Assembly: GCA_002772995.1 (NCBI GenBank) | Contig: PFCO01000008.1 | Coordinates: forward strand, 23,150 to 87,149 | Direction of reading: 5' to 3' | Length of the DNA: 64,000 bases | Source: Candidatus Niyogibacteria bacterium CG10_big_fil_rev_8_21_14_0_10_46_36 | GTDB lineage: Bacteria; Patescibacteriota; Minisyncoccia; 1-14-0-10-42-19 | Shown: one piece after another, positions 27,381-37,183 of the stretch | Position numbering within the stretch: position 1 is the first letter of the stretch | How the letters are laid out: each line of letters begins with the position of its first letter | Position numbers and translations under genes: made by a program | Notes under the pieces: model-generated | What the model was told of the DNA's origin: nothing | Seen by the model: the letters and a program-made list of their open reading frames with translations, nothing else | The model's database searches: none

Positions 27381-28103
27381 ATGTTAGAAGGAAATCTCAC
27401 ACTAGGTATTATTATTGGAGCAGCGCTTCTGGATAGCATCAATCCTTGTGTCATTGGTGTTTTGGTATTTTTGATAGCGTTTATGACACGGGTGTTTAAG
27501 AGCAGGAATCGTATGCTTGTAGGGGGTCTTGTGTATACGCTTGTTGTGTACCTTACCTATTTGCTCTTAGGATTTGGTATTCTCCGGCTTACATTTTTGA
27601 GCCCTGATGTCGCAACTACATTTTATTGGATTGTAGCAATCATCGCCATTTTTGCAGGTTTTTTGGAGATAAAGGATTACTTTTGGTACGGGAAAGGATT
27701 TTCGTTGCAGATGATACCCGGCGCATCAGCCCGCATTAAGGCATACACGGATTGGATTGAGCGCATACAATCTCGTCACTTCAGCTTACTCCTACTAACT
27801 ATGGTAGTGTTGGGTGTTTTTGTCGTTCTTGTTGAGCTCCCGTGCACAGGTGCTCCGTATTTGGCAGTGCTCGGCCTTTTGTCTCAGGGGCATTATGCAT
27901 CTGCGGTGCCGTTATTGCTACTGTATAACTTCATATTTGTTCTTCCGCTTCTCTTTATCATTGGGTTTGCGTATTTCGGGACCTCCTCAGAACGATTAGA
28001 GGCATGGCGGCGTCAGCATCGCGGACTTATGCGTCTTTTGGTGGGCATCTTCCTTATCGTGCTTGGATTCTACATGATCTATTCGTTGAATCCGGTGTTT
28101 TAA
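27381..28103 (+). CDS. CcdA/DsbD-related (GAP family) membrane electron carrier
   Basis: DSINPC and VELPCTGAPY; LYNFIFVLP. Confidence 0.85.
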   Translation: MLEGNLTLGIIIGAALLDSINPCVIGVLVFLIAFMTRVFKSRNRMLVGGLVYTLVVYLTYLLLGFGILRLTFLSPDVATTFYWIVAIIAIFAGFLEIKDYFWYGKGFSLQMIPGASARIKAYTDWIERIQSRHFSLLLLTMVVLGVFVVLVELPCTGAPYLAVLGLLSQGHYASAVPLLLLYNFIFVLPLLFIIGFAYFGTSSERLEAWRRQHRGLMRLLVGIFLIVLGFYMIYSLNPVF

Positions 28104-28126
28104 ATTTCCATTGCGCCACAAAAGAG

Positions 28127-28154
28127 AAACCCCTGAATTATTCAGGGGTTTTTT
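28127..28154. terminator. bidirectional terminator
   Basis: AAACCCCTGAAT-T-ATTCAGGGGTTTTTT. Confidence 0.8.
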
Positions 28155-28155
28155 G

Positions 28156-28968
28156 TTACCTTCGTGAGGGTGTGTATGGAAAAAGGGGCGTATGTTCCGG
28201 AGCTCTTGGCGCTTTTTCAGGAATGGTTTGGGCACACGCGTTAAATCCGTTTTCTTTATCTGTATCGCAGAAGCGCTTTATGGGAATGGCAAAGCTAATG
28301 CCGGAACCCGGCCAAAGAGCGGTAGGCACGCCTATAAGATCGCCTTGGCTATCAAATAAGCCGCCACCGCTGTTCCCCGGATTGACATGCAGGTAGAGCT
28401 CCATAAATGGATACAGAGTGCCAGGCATCTTTCGTGCGGGGTGTGTGATGTAGCCCCATGAGACATCCCACTGGAGAATTCCAAACGGATGGCCAATCGT
28501 GATAACCTCTTCCCCGATAGCATCATCGCGGTTCATGTTATCAAAATCTCGAGCGTCAATCTTTGCATATGACCCGAAGGTCGTATCTATTTTCAGCCGA
28601 GCCATGTCTTTTTCGTTGTCTACCCATTCTATCTTTTTTAGGGGAAAACGCTCTCCGTTCCAGAGCTCGATAGTGATCTCTTTTATTTCGAACGAAGGCG
28701 GCGCAGTAACTACATGCGCGTTCGTAAAAATTATCCCGTCAGGGTGTACGATAACTCCCGAGCCTATGCCACGGAAGGTGGCGCCTGCAGGATTTTGCGT
28801 TGAGATGAAATCCACGGTAATCGCAACAACGACTCGTTTCGTTATTCGGAAATTTTGCCGTATGATGGGCGCATACGAGCTAAGCTCTTGCCGTGGGGGC
28901 GCAGATGATGCCGCTGTTACAAACGGAAGCATGCAGCATAACAGAAATACGGTTACTACTTTGGGCAT
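28156..28968 (-). CDS. secreted trypsin-like serine protease (S1C, no PDZ)
   Basis: GSGVIV, TNAHVV, DMARLKI, GNSGG. Confidence 0.92.
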   Translation of the reverse strand: MPKVVTVFLLCCMLPFVTAASSAPPRQELSSYAPIIRQNFRITKRVVVAITVDFISTQNPAGATFRGIGSGVIVHPDGIIFTNAHVVTAPPSFEIKEITIELWNGERFPLKKIEWVDNEKDMARLKIDTTFGSYAKIDARDFDNMNRDDAIGEEVITIGHPFGILQWDVSWGYITHPARKMPGTLYPFMELYLHVNPGNSGGGLFDSQGDLIGVPTALWPGSGISFAIPIKRFCDTDKENGFNACAQTIPEKAPRAPEHTPLFPYTPSRR

Positions 28969-29071
28969 ATAATAACCCTCCCTTGTTAAAGAATACTCTT
29001 TTAGTATAGCATTTATTGTTTTGCCCCCGAAAAAGCGCTATAATAAAGGCATATCATTAATGTTTTTATAT

Positions 29072-29878
29072 ATGGAAACACCTATGGGAAAAAAATATCT
29101 ATATATTGTGATTATCGTAGCCCTGCTTGCATTTTCTTATGCTGCAGTCGGACTTATTGGCGTATTAAAAAATTCTGTTGATCCGTCCTTTGCGCGGAGC
29201 TTTTCCGTATCGGGGGAGGGCAAGATTGTTGCCGTTCCTGATATCGCGCAATTTTCTTTTACCGTCATATCTGAAGGAGGAACTGACATCGCTACATTGC
29301 AGAAAAAAAATACAGAGAACGTAAATGCAATCATTGATTTTATGAAGTCAGAGGGCGTTGACGAAAAGGACATCAAGACCGAAAGCTATAATCTTTCTCC
29401 CCGGTACCAATACTATAATTGTTCGCGGCCAATTCCGCTTGATGGCGGTGCTGCAATAGAGCCGTGTCCTCCGCCGGAAATAGTCGGATATTCCGTTACG
29501 CAAATAGTTTTGGTGAAAGCTCGCGAAGGCAACTTCGAAAATATCGGCACACTTCTTTCCGGGGCAGTAGAGCATGGTGCAAATTCAGTGTCACAGTTAT
29601 GGTTTACCATTGATGACCCTGCGTTTCTGGAACAGCAGGCACGGGAGGAGGCAATCACTAAAGCAAAGGAAAAAGCAAAAGCAGTTGCGCGTGCGGGAGG
29701 ATTTCGTTTGGGGAGGCTTCTTTCACTGAACGAAGGAGGATACAGTCCGATATATAAGATTGAGACTGCGCGTGACAGTGCACTTGGCATAGGAGGAGCT
29801 TCGGTCCCCACGCCTGCTATTGAGCCGGGGTCTCAAGAAGTCATGATAACTGTAAATCTTACCTACGAAATACGATAA
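29072..29878 (+). CDS. SIMPL domain protein (DUF541)
   Basis: VSGEGKIVAVPDIA, DIKTESYNLSP, AREEAITKAKEKA, IEPGSQEV. Confidence 0.92.
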   Translation: METPMGKKYLYIVIIVALLAFSYAAVGLIGVLKNSVDPSFARSFSVSGEGKIVAVPDIAQFSFTVISEGGTDIATLQKKNTENVNAIIDFMKSEGVDEKDIKTESYNLSPRYQYYNCSRPIPLDGGAAIEPCPPPEIVGYSVTQIVLVKAREGNFENIGTLLSGAVEHGANSVSQLWFTIDDPAFLEQQAREEAITKAKEKAKAVARAGGFRLGRLLSLNEGGYSPIYKIETARDSALGIGGASVPTPAIEPGSQEVMITVNLTYEIR

Positions 29879-29883
29879 GCGGT

Positions 29884-29961
29884 ATGCTTGCGATTATTTC
29901 GTTCCTGATTCTTGCGATATTGCTCGGCATTCTCTATTTTGCGGGGGTGCATTGGTTCTAA
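29884..29961 (+). CDS. putative 25-aa single-TM small protein (not in ORF track)
   Basis: MLAIISFLILAILLGILYFAGVHWF begins 5 nt after the SIMPL stop. Confidence 0.45.
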   Translation: MLAIISFLILAILLGILYFAGVHWF

Positions 29962-30058
29962 AATATTTTTTACAAAACACCTCTTTTAAAAAGGGGTGTT
30001 TTGTGGTATACTGTTCTGGCTGTTGGTTCTTTATAAATATACAAGGAGGATGTACTGT

Positions 30059-31315
30059 ATGCATGAAACCTACATCATTGATGCAGGGCGGACTTGGACT
30101 GGTAAATATCTTGGTGCATATAAAGATATTCCGATATCTGATCTTGCCGGGTCGTTCTTGCAGCAATTTCTTAACAAGGCAGGGCTCGATGTTTTCCGCA
30201 TAGATGGATGCTATATGGGCATTGTCTATAGTGCGGGCGCAGAACAGCATCCGGCACGGCAAGCCGCCATAAAAGCAGGACTAGGGTATGCCGTAGATGC
30301 AGTAAGTTTGTGTAAGGTATGCGCATCAGGTCTTGCTGCGGTAGAGTATGGCGAATTCAAAATATTACGCGGGAAGGATTTGGTCATTGCGGGCGGCATG
30401 GAATCCATGTCGAGAACCCCGTATCTTCTTTCACGAGAGAGACATATCGGCATAGATATTCTTAGCAAGGAAAAATCTAACTTCGCAGTTACCCTAAAAG
30501 ATTATTTTGAGCTGCATGAGGATATGGATGCCGAGGCATTTCTATCCAAAACAAAGATATATGACAGCATGAATCTTGATGGTTTGTGCGATGCGTATGC
30601 TGAAGATAATGCTTTGATGGGGCACATAGCGGAGGAATATGTAAAACGCGAAGATATATCGCGCGAAGATATGGATGAGTATGCATACGAAAGTTTTGTC
30701 CGCGCAAAAGAGTATCAGAAAAAGATTGAGCGGCAAATCGTTTCCATCGATGGCATAGACATTGATTTTGACCAAGGATGGAGAACGCCTGACCGGGGAA
30801 AGATGAGGTCGTTACGGCCTGCCTTTGCTCCGGATGGAAAAATAACATCAGCGAACGCTTCGCAGGTTTCTGACGGAGTCAGCGCTGTGCTACTTGGGTC
30901 TAAGAAAGCGCATGCCTATTTTAAGAACAGAGGAAAAGAGGCTCTCGGACGGATACGCGCGTGCGCCACATTTTCCGGACATCCGAATGAGTATCTCTCC
31001 GCTCCTATATATGCAATAGCTGAAGCATGCAGACAGGCGGGCGTACTCGTTTCTGATATTGACCTCTTTGAAGTGAATGAGGCATTCGCGATAGTTCCCA
31101 TGGAAGTCATGAAGGCATTTTGTGTGTCGCGTGACAGGATGAATATCTGGGGCGGGGCAATTGCCAACGGGCATCCGCTTGGCGCTTCGGGAACAAAAAT
31201 ACTTTCGAATCTTGCATATCAGTTGCAAGATACCGGCGCGCGGTATGGTATCGCGGCTGCATGCAACGGCGGCGGCGAAGCAATGGCCATAGTAGTAGAG
31301 AATCCTCCGAAGTAA
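30059..31315 (+). CDS. thiolase (acetyl-CoA C-acyltransferase)
   Basis: CKVCASG, AGGMESMS, EVNEAF, GHPLGASG, CNGGG; AAGGAGG SD supports ATG 30059. Confidence 0.93.
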   Translation: MHETYIIDAGRTWTGKYLGAYKDIPISDLAGSFLQQFLNKAGLDVFRIDGCYMGIVYSAGAEQHPARQAAIKAGLGYAVDAVSLCKVCASGLAAVEYGEFKILRGKDLVIAGGMESMSRTPYLLSRERHIGIDILSKEKSNFAVTLKDYFELHEDMDAEAFLSKTKIYDSMNLDGLCDAYAEDNALMGHIAEEYVKREDISREDMDEYAYESFVRAKEYQKKIERQIVSIDGIDIDFDQGWRTPDRGKMRSLRPAFAPDGKITSANASQVSDGVSAVLLGSKKAHAYFKNRGKEALGRIRACATFSGHPNEYLSAPIYAIAEACRQAGVLVSDIDLFEVNEAFAIVPMEVMKAFCVSRDRMNIWGGAIANGHPLGASGTKILSNLAYQLQDTGARYGIAAACNGGGEAMAIVVENPPK

Positions 31316-31469
31316 CAAACGCATATCCCGTTATCATGTTTTGGTACCGGGATTTTTTATTTACAGGAAATGCCATATACTGGATGATATATCGTTTACG
31401 CAATGGGTGTTTTGTGATATTGTTCTGCAGAAATATGATATTTACAAAATAATATATAGAGGAGGCAAC

Positions 31470-33287
31470 ATGACCCCAAAAAAAGAAAATAATCAGCAGA
31501 TTCCCGCATGGGACCTTTCGGACCTATATACGGGACTTGATGACCCGCACATAGAAGCGGATATCAACAATACATATGAACGGGCAAAGGCATTCGAAAA
31601 GGCATACCGCAATAAGATTAACACTGACTCGCTTACATCGCCCTTTTTGCAAAAGGTGATGAAGGAGCTCGAAATCATATCCGAGCAATCGGCAAAATTA
31701 TCTACATACGCGTATCTATTGTATGCGAGCGACACAAGCAACCCTGCATACGGCGCGTTCCACGAAAAGATCAAAGAAAAGAATACGGATATCCGAAAAC
31801 ATATCTTATTTTTTGAACTGGAGTGGGTGCAGGTTTCCGATGCGGATGCCGAAGCGCTTCTTCAGGAAGAAGCATTGTCGCGCTACAAGCACTCGCTTGA
31901 GAATGAACGAATATTCAAGCCGCACAAATTGAGCGAGCCCGAAGAGAAGATCATGGATGAAAAAAATAATGTCGGACCCTTAGCATTCCAGCGTCTTTTC
32001 GATGAGATTATAAACAACATCGTTTTCCGTATGGAAGTCGACGGAGAGAAGAAAGAACTTAGTGAGTCCGAGCTTCTTAAGTTTTTATACGATGAAAGCA
32101 GAGACATCCGGAAAGCGGCGGCGCGGTCGCTCACAGAGGGACTTGTTGCGAACGGGAAGACCATTACATTTATATTCAATACGCTTCTTAAGAACAGCGC
32201 TGTTGAAGACAGCATTCGTTCGTATCCGAGCGTCATGGCTGCGCAGAATCTCTCAAACGAGATAGATCAGAGCACGGTAGACGCATTTTTGAATGCGGTA
32301 GAGGCAGGGTATGACATTTCGCATGATTATTACCGTCTCAAAAAGAAGGTGCTCAAAGTAAAGGAGCTCTACGACTACGACCGCTACGCTCCGATTGTGT
32401 TAGAGGAAGAGGTTTCTTTCCCGGAGGCGCAGGATATGGCGCTTCAGGCGTACGGCGCATTTTCTCCGCGCGTGTCTTCTATCGTAGAAAAATTTTTTGC
32501 TCATAAATGGATTGATGCAAAGATGCAGCCGGGCAAGCGGGGGGGCGCATTTAGCCATGGGGCAGTGCCGAGTGTGCATCCGTATATTCTTATGAACTAT
32601 GCGGGGACGCTTCGGGATGTTTCTACGCTTGTGCACGAGCTTGGACATGGCGTGCATCAATACCTTTCGCGCAAGCAGGGGATGTTCCATTCAAATACTC
32701 CGCTTACCACCGCAGAAACCGCAAGCGTATTCGGAGAGATACTCCTGTTTGATTATTTGAAGAAGCGAGAGTCAGACCCAAGGAAACGGCTTGCACTCAT
32801 TATGGGAAAATGCGAAGAAATGTACGCAACGGTATTCCGCCAGGTCATTTTCACCCGGTTTGAGGAAGCGATACACACTGAACGGAGAGAAAAAGGCGAA
32901 CTGGAACAGAAACGGTATGACGAGATATGGATGGAGCAGAACAAGAAAATGTTTGGCGATACGTTAACCCTTACTGATGATTATGCGCATTGGTGGCTCT
33001 ATATCCCGCATTTTGTTCATGTTCCGTTTTACTGCTACGCATACGCGTTCGGACAGCTTCTTGTGCTTGCGCTCTACCAAAAGTATCTGGAAGACGGAAA
33101 ATCATTCGTCCCGGGGTATATCGACCTACTTTCAGCCGGTGGGAGTGATGCACCGCATGTGCTTCTGCATAAGCATGTTGGAGTGGATATTACAGACCCT
33201 GCGTTTTGGCAGAAGGGTATGAATATCCTTCGGGATATGCTTGCCGAAGCGGTAGACATAGAAGCTTCCTTAGATAAAAATAAATAA
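31470..33287 (+). CDS. pepF: M3B oligoendopeptidase F
   Basis: WDLSDLY, KRGGAF, HELGH, AETAS, PHFVHVPFYCYAYAFG; GAGGAGG SD. Confidence 0.93.
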   Translation: MTPKKENNQQIPAWDLSDLYTGLDDPHIEADINNTYERAKAFEKAYRNKINTDSLTSPFLQKVMKELEIISEQSAKLSTYAYLLYASDTSNPAYGAFHEKIKEKNTDIRKHILFFELEWVQVSDADAEALLQEEALSRYKHSLENERIFKPHKLSEPEEKIMDEKNNVGPLAFQRLFDEIINNIVFRMEVDGEKKELSESELLKFLYDESRDIRKAAARSLTEGLVANGKTITFIFNTLLKNSAVEDSIRSYPSVMAAQNLSNEIDQSTVDAFLNAVEAGYDISHDYYRLKKKVLKVKELYDYDRYAPIVLEEEVSFPEAQDMALQAYGAFSPRVSSIVEKFFAHKWIDAKMQPGKRGGAFSHGAVPSVHPYILMNYAGTLRDVSTLVHELGHGVHQYLSRKQGMFHSNTPLTTAETASVFGEILLFDYLKKRESDPRKRLALIMGKCEEMYATVFRQVIFTRFEEAIHTERREKGELEQKRYDEIWMEQNKKMFGDTLTLTDDYAHWWLYIPHFVHVPFYCYAYAFGQLLVLALYQKYLEDGKSFVPGYIDLLSAGGSDAPHVLLHKHVGVDITDPAFWQKGMNILRDMLAEAVDIEASLDKNK

Positions 33288-33294
33288 CGCACAC

Positions 33295-33327
33295 GGCGCC
33301 TTGTCAAGAAACAAGGCGCCTTTTTTT
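33295..33327 (+). terminator. intrinsic terminator
   Basis: GGCGCCTTGT-CAAGAA-ACAAGGCGCC followed by T7. Confidence 0.85.
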
Positions 33328-33363
33328 GTCTCCAGGAATGATTTATAATTGTAGGGATTACAT

Positions 33364-33885
33364 ATGGAAACGGACATCAAAAAACGACCATTGCTTATAC
33401 CTGTTATTCTTCCGCTGCTCACCTTTGTGCTGGGATTTGGATTCGCGTGGCTTGTATTTTCTGGGGGTGGTGCTGACGATACAACCAATAACGAATCCAA
33501 TACTGCGTCGGATGCGTTTTCCATTCCATTGGGGCATAGCTCTGTTTCTGTTGATGACCAGCGTGCGGGTGAGAGCGTATTTATAGCACTTGCGACACTT
33601 TCCCGAGGCGCGTGGGTTGCCATACACGAAGACCAGGATGGCATGCCAGCGAATATATTAGGAGCACGGTATTTCCCCGGAGGAAAAACCGCAGGGACCG
33701 TAGAATTGCTTCGCGGCACTGTTCCCGAGCGTGCGTATTACGCAGTTATTCACGCGGATGACGGAGATAGGGAATTCGATTTCCGGAGAGACGAAGCGCT
33801 GCAAGATCCGTTTGGTAATCTTATCATGAGTGCTTTCCGGACATTTTCTGAGGAGGCGCCTAATGGGAGCGGCACCGGACAATAG
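33364..33885 (+). CDS. membrane-anchored hypothetical protein
   Basis: N-terminal TM; VDDQRAG, WVAIHED, YAVIHADDGDREFD. Confidence 0.8.
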   Translation: METDIKKRPLLIPVILPLLTFVLGFGFAWLVFSGGGADDTTNNESNTASDAFSIPLGHSSVSVDDQRAGESVFIALATLSRGAWVAIHEDQDGMPANILGARYFPGGKTAGTVELLRGTVPERAYYAVIHADDGDREFDFRRDEALQDPFGNLIMSAFRTFSEEAPNGSGTGQ

Positions 33886-33907
33886 TGTGTTATAATAATT
33901 GTGTACG

Positions 33908-34144
33908 ATGATAGGCGGAATATCACAACCTCTTTTTATCTTCACCATTCTTCTTGCGCTCTGGACATTGCCATGGAAAGGGTTTGCGTTGTGGCGTGCG
34001 GCGCACCGGAACGACAAGTGGTGGTTTGTCGTATTTTTGATAGTAAATACGGCAGGCATTCTTGAGATTGTCTATCTTATTGTGACGCGCAAAAAAAATG
34101 ACGTGCATGCAGATGCATCCTCCATGCCGTCTTCTCGTATATGA
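33908..34144 (+). CDS. DUF5652 family membrane protein
   Basis: WTLPWKGFALWRAA..DKWWF..VNTAGILEIVYL. Confidence 0.85.
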   Translation: MIGGISQPLFIFTILLALWTLPWKGFALWRAAHRNDKWWFVVFLIVNTAGILEIVYLIVTRKKNDVHADASSMPSSRI

Positions 34145-35331
34145 AAAAAGGGATTTTTATAGGAATTGGTATCGGTATTATTGTGTGCGGCAGCGTATGG
34201 GCCGCATTTTTTTATTGGAATAATTTGCGTGGGGCGGGCCCTGCAATAAAGCCGCCAGTAGATGATGTCGCGGAAGTTCTTGAGCGTGGCGGTATGCCGT
34301 TTATGGTGCCGGATGGCTTTTCACTTTCTTTGTTTGCGGATAATATGTCCGGCGCGCGCGTTATTGCGTTTGATGCCCTCGGTAACATGTGGGTATCCCG
34401 CACCTCGGAAGGAGTAATATCACTCATTGAGCTTGATGAATCGGGGGATGTTTTGCATATAAGTAATATTTTCAGAAATCTGAACCATCCTCACGGGATT
34501 GCGTTTGACCCGGATGACCCGCAGGTGCTTTATTTTGCGGAAGAAAACAGTATATCGCGGGTCCGCGTATATTCTGACGGGCAGCCGGAGAAAATAGCAG
34601 ATCTCCCATCCGGGGGCGGGCATAGCACGCGGACAATAGCATTCGGTCCCGATGGGCGGCTGTATGTGTCTATCGGGTCATCGTGTAATGTGTGCAGGGA
34701 AGAAGACCCGATGCGCGCAAAAATATTTTCATTGCATAAAGACGGAAGCGATATGAGAGAATACGCCTCCGGATTACGAAATGCCGTATTTTTTGGCTGG
34801 AGTCCGTTTGATGGACGGATGTGGGCGACGGAAATGGGACGAGATGAATTAGGGGATAACACGCCACCAGACGAAATTAATATCATTGTTGAGGGGGGAA
34901 ACTATGGCTGGCCCGTCTGTTACGGGGGAAACACTCATGATACGGAATTTGATAAAAATACATATGTGCGAAATCCGTGCATGGAGCCGTTTGAGCTCCC
35001 GTCATATATTGATCTGCAGGCGCATTCAGCGCCTTTGGGATTTGCATTCATACCCCAGAACTCTTCATGGCCAGAAGAGTATTGGCATGATTTGATAGTT
35101 GCGTATCATGGATCCTGGAACCGGAGCGTACCGACCGGGTACAAGCTTGTTCGTCTAGAACTTGATACATTTGGAAATGTATTAGGTATGGGTGATTTTG
35201 CTACCGGATGGCTTCAAGACAACGGAGCGCTCGGCAGGCCGGTTGATGTTGTGTTTGGTCCTGACAGCTCCTTGTATGTATCAGATGATAAGGCGGGGGT
35301 GGTGTATAGAATTACATACAAAGATATATAA
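34141..35331 (+). CDS. PQQ-dependent sugar/sorbosone dehydrogenase family beta-propeller
   Basis: HSTRTIAFGPDGRLYVSIGSSCN, GLRNAV, AHSAPLG, HGSWNRS, GRPVDV. Confidence 0.9.
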   Translation: MKKGIFIGIGIGIIVCGSVWAAFFYWNNLRGAGPAIKPPVDDVAEVLERGGMPFMVPDGFSLSLFADNMSGARVIAFDALGNMWVSRTSEGVISLIELDESGDVLHISNIFRNLNHPHGIAFDPDDPQVLYFAEENSISRVRVYSDGQPEKIADLPSGGGHSTRTIAFGPDGRLYVSIGSSCNVCREEDPMRAKIFSLHKDGSDMREYASGLRNAVFFGWSPFDGRMWATEMGRDELGDNTPPDEINIIVEGGNYGWPVCYGGNTHDTEFDKNTYVRNPCMEPFELPSYIDLQAHSAPLGFAFIPQNSSWPEEYWHDLIVAYHGSWNRSVPTGYKLVRLELDTFGNVLGMGDFATGWLQDNGALGRPVDVVFGPDSSLYVSDDKAGVVYRITYKDI

Positions 35332-35365
35332 AAAAGAAGGCAGACGGTAAACCGTCTGCCTTTTT
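35331..35365. terminator. bidirectional terminator
   Basis: AAGGCAGACGG-TAAA-CCGTCTGCCTTTTT. Confidence 0.85.
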
Positions 35366-35366
35366 A

Positions 35367-35804
35367 TTAGGGAGTAATTATGTCTTGGAACGTCATATCT
35401 TCGGAAGGAAATTTTCCTGTATACATAAAATAAAAAATTTTCTCCAGAAGATTGAGCGTGTGTTCGGGGTGTTCTAAGGCGCTCGTTCCGTTTGTAATGT
35501 TCGTAATAATGTAGGGTGTTTTGAATCTTTTTTTCTCTTCCCTGATTTTTCTTAAAAGGGACGGATGAACGGCGCGTCCGTACTCTTTCATTTTTATGGC
35601 CAACATATCCTCCCTGATGTATATGTCAGGGATGACTGTAATCAGGGAGAGATGACAGCCGTCGATTTTTATGGGCATCCCTTTTAATTTCGACGAAAGT
35701 CTGGTGTTGAATTTGTGTGAGTTTTTGTCCTCACGGAATACTCCATAATAATGTTCCCGGAGTATTTTTAGCTGTTCGCGATACACATCCAACAGTGTTT
35801 CCAT
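35367..35804 (-). CDS. hypothetical protein
   Basis: AGGAGGAG SD before ATG 35804; ends at terminator. Confidence 0.65.
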   Translation of the reverse strand: METLLDVYREQLKILREHYYGVFREDKNSHKFNTRLSSKLKGMPIKIDGCHLSLITVIPDIYIREDMLAIKMKEYGRAVHPSLLRKIREEKKRFKTPYIITNITNGTSALEHPEHTLNLLEKIFYFMYTGKFPSEDMTFQDIITP

Positions 35805-35900
35805 AAAGACTCCTCCTTGCTTTTCTCGCATGATAGCATATTTATTTTATTATGTCAAGGATTATGCTGCCTTACCACTTTCTTCTATAATGAGGGTACG

Positions 35901-36734
35901 ATGATGGGAGCATATTGTTTTTTGAACGGACGCATAGTTCTTTGTAAACGCGCAGGAATGCCGCTGAACGACCTGGGAGTGCTTCGCGGGTATGGCGTAT
36001 TTGATTTTTTGCGGACCTATAATAAAAAGCCCTTTTTGATGAAAGAGCATCTTGATAGGCTCGAGCAGTCTGCACGGCGCTTGCACCTTGCTATTCCGGT
36101 GCCGCGTGAAGACATAGAAAAAGCAGTCTATACGCTTATTCGCAAGAATGCTTTTCCGGAAACGAGCCTTCGTTTTGTGCTTACCGGAGGCATAAGTGCT
36201 ACCGGATTTTTCCCCGAAGAAAAGCCGACATTTTTTATTCTCGCCGAAAAGTCAGAAGCAATGCCCGAATATATGTATCAGAGAGGCATTTCGGTTGTGA
36301 CGCACGAATATCTCCGAGATATCCCCGAAGCAAAGACCAACAATTATATGATCGCGGTAAAGATGCGGAATTTGAAAAAGAACAAACGGTTCGTAGAAAT
36401 GCTCTATATGTATCAAGGTAATATTCTTGAAGCAACCACGAGCAACATATTTTTTGTAAAAGGGAATACGCTTATTACGCCGAAAAAAAACATACTTGTG
36501 GGTACGACGCGGAATTTTGTTATCCGGCTCGCAAGAAAGGATTTTCGCATTGAGGAGCGGGATGTCCATATAGACGAGATTAAACAAGTATCCGAAGCAT
36601 TCCTTACCGCAACGAATAAAGAAATTCTCCCCGTGGTACGCATAAACAAATATGTGATCGGGGATGGAAAAGTGGGGCTGCATACAAAAGAGCTCATGAG
36701 CAGATTCCGAGCACACACCGCCTCACTGAAATAA
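35901..36734 (+). CDS. aminotransferase class IV (branched-chain/D-amino acid)
   Basis: RGYGVFDFLRT, HLDRL, AKTNNY, EATTSNIF, ILVGTTR, EAFLTAT. Confidence 0.93.
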   Translation: MMGAYCFLNGRIVLCKRAGMPLNDLGVLRGYGVFDFLRTYNKKPFLMKEHLDRLEQSARRLHLAIPVPREDIEKAVYTLIRKNAFPETSLRFVLTGGISATGFFPEEKPTFFILAEKSEAMPEYMYQRGISVVTHEYLRDIPEAKTNNYMIAVKMRNLKKNKRFVEMLYMYQGNILEATTSNIFFVKGNTLITPKKNILVGTTRNFVIRLARKDFRIEERDVHIDEIKQVSEAFLTATNKEILPVVRINKYVIGDGKVGLHTKELMSRFRAHTASLK

Positions 36735-36761
36735 AAAACCGAGGATATTCTCGGTTTTTTT
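36733..36761. terminator. bidirectional terminator
   Basis: AAAAAACCGAG-GATATT-CTCGGTTTTTTT. Confidence 0.85.
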
Positions 36762-36975
36762 GATTTAATTGCTTGCTTGTTCGGGGTAGAACCCTTCCGG
36801 AATTGGCAGTGTTGCCGTATGCGCGGAAATATACGGACGTTTTTGGATTGGACGCGTATACTCCTCCAATCTCAATAATTTCGTGCCATGGCGATAGCAT
36901 ATTATTGACCAGCATCAGTGGCTGATGTTCCGTTGTTTCAATATCAAGGAATAAAAACGGAAATGATGAAGACAT
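36762..36975 (-). pseudogene. truncated DEDD-family 3'-5' exonuclease remnant
   Basis: FLFLDIETT...HEIIEIGGV (ExoI region) only; no ExoII/ExoIII visible; frame runs into terminator. Confidence 0.55.
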
Positions 36976-37183
36976 TGACAGCCCCCCTGTTTGCGTGTTT
37001 TTGTTTTTAAAAGTGCGCTTGAGATTATAGTATCATATTTCTTCATGCGTCCACGGTTGCACACATCTTTTTTTTGTCTTCTAATGAGGATTTTGTGGAA
37101 AAAGATTTTCTTTTCCGTATTTGCGTCGTGATATAATTGTATAAAGTGTCTGTTTTTTGACATAAAAAAAGAGGAGGTTCACT

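Noticed and set aside
35367-35804. DUF5701-like assignment (VIP...PY.I..I.NG pattern)
   Set aside because: The resemblance is too weak to support without a profile search
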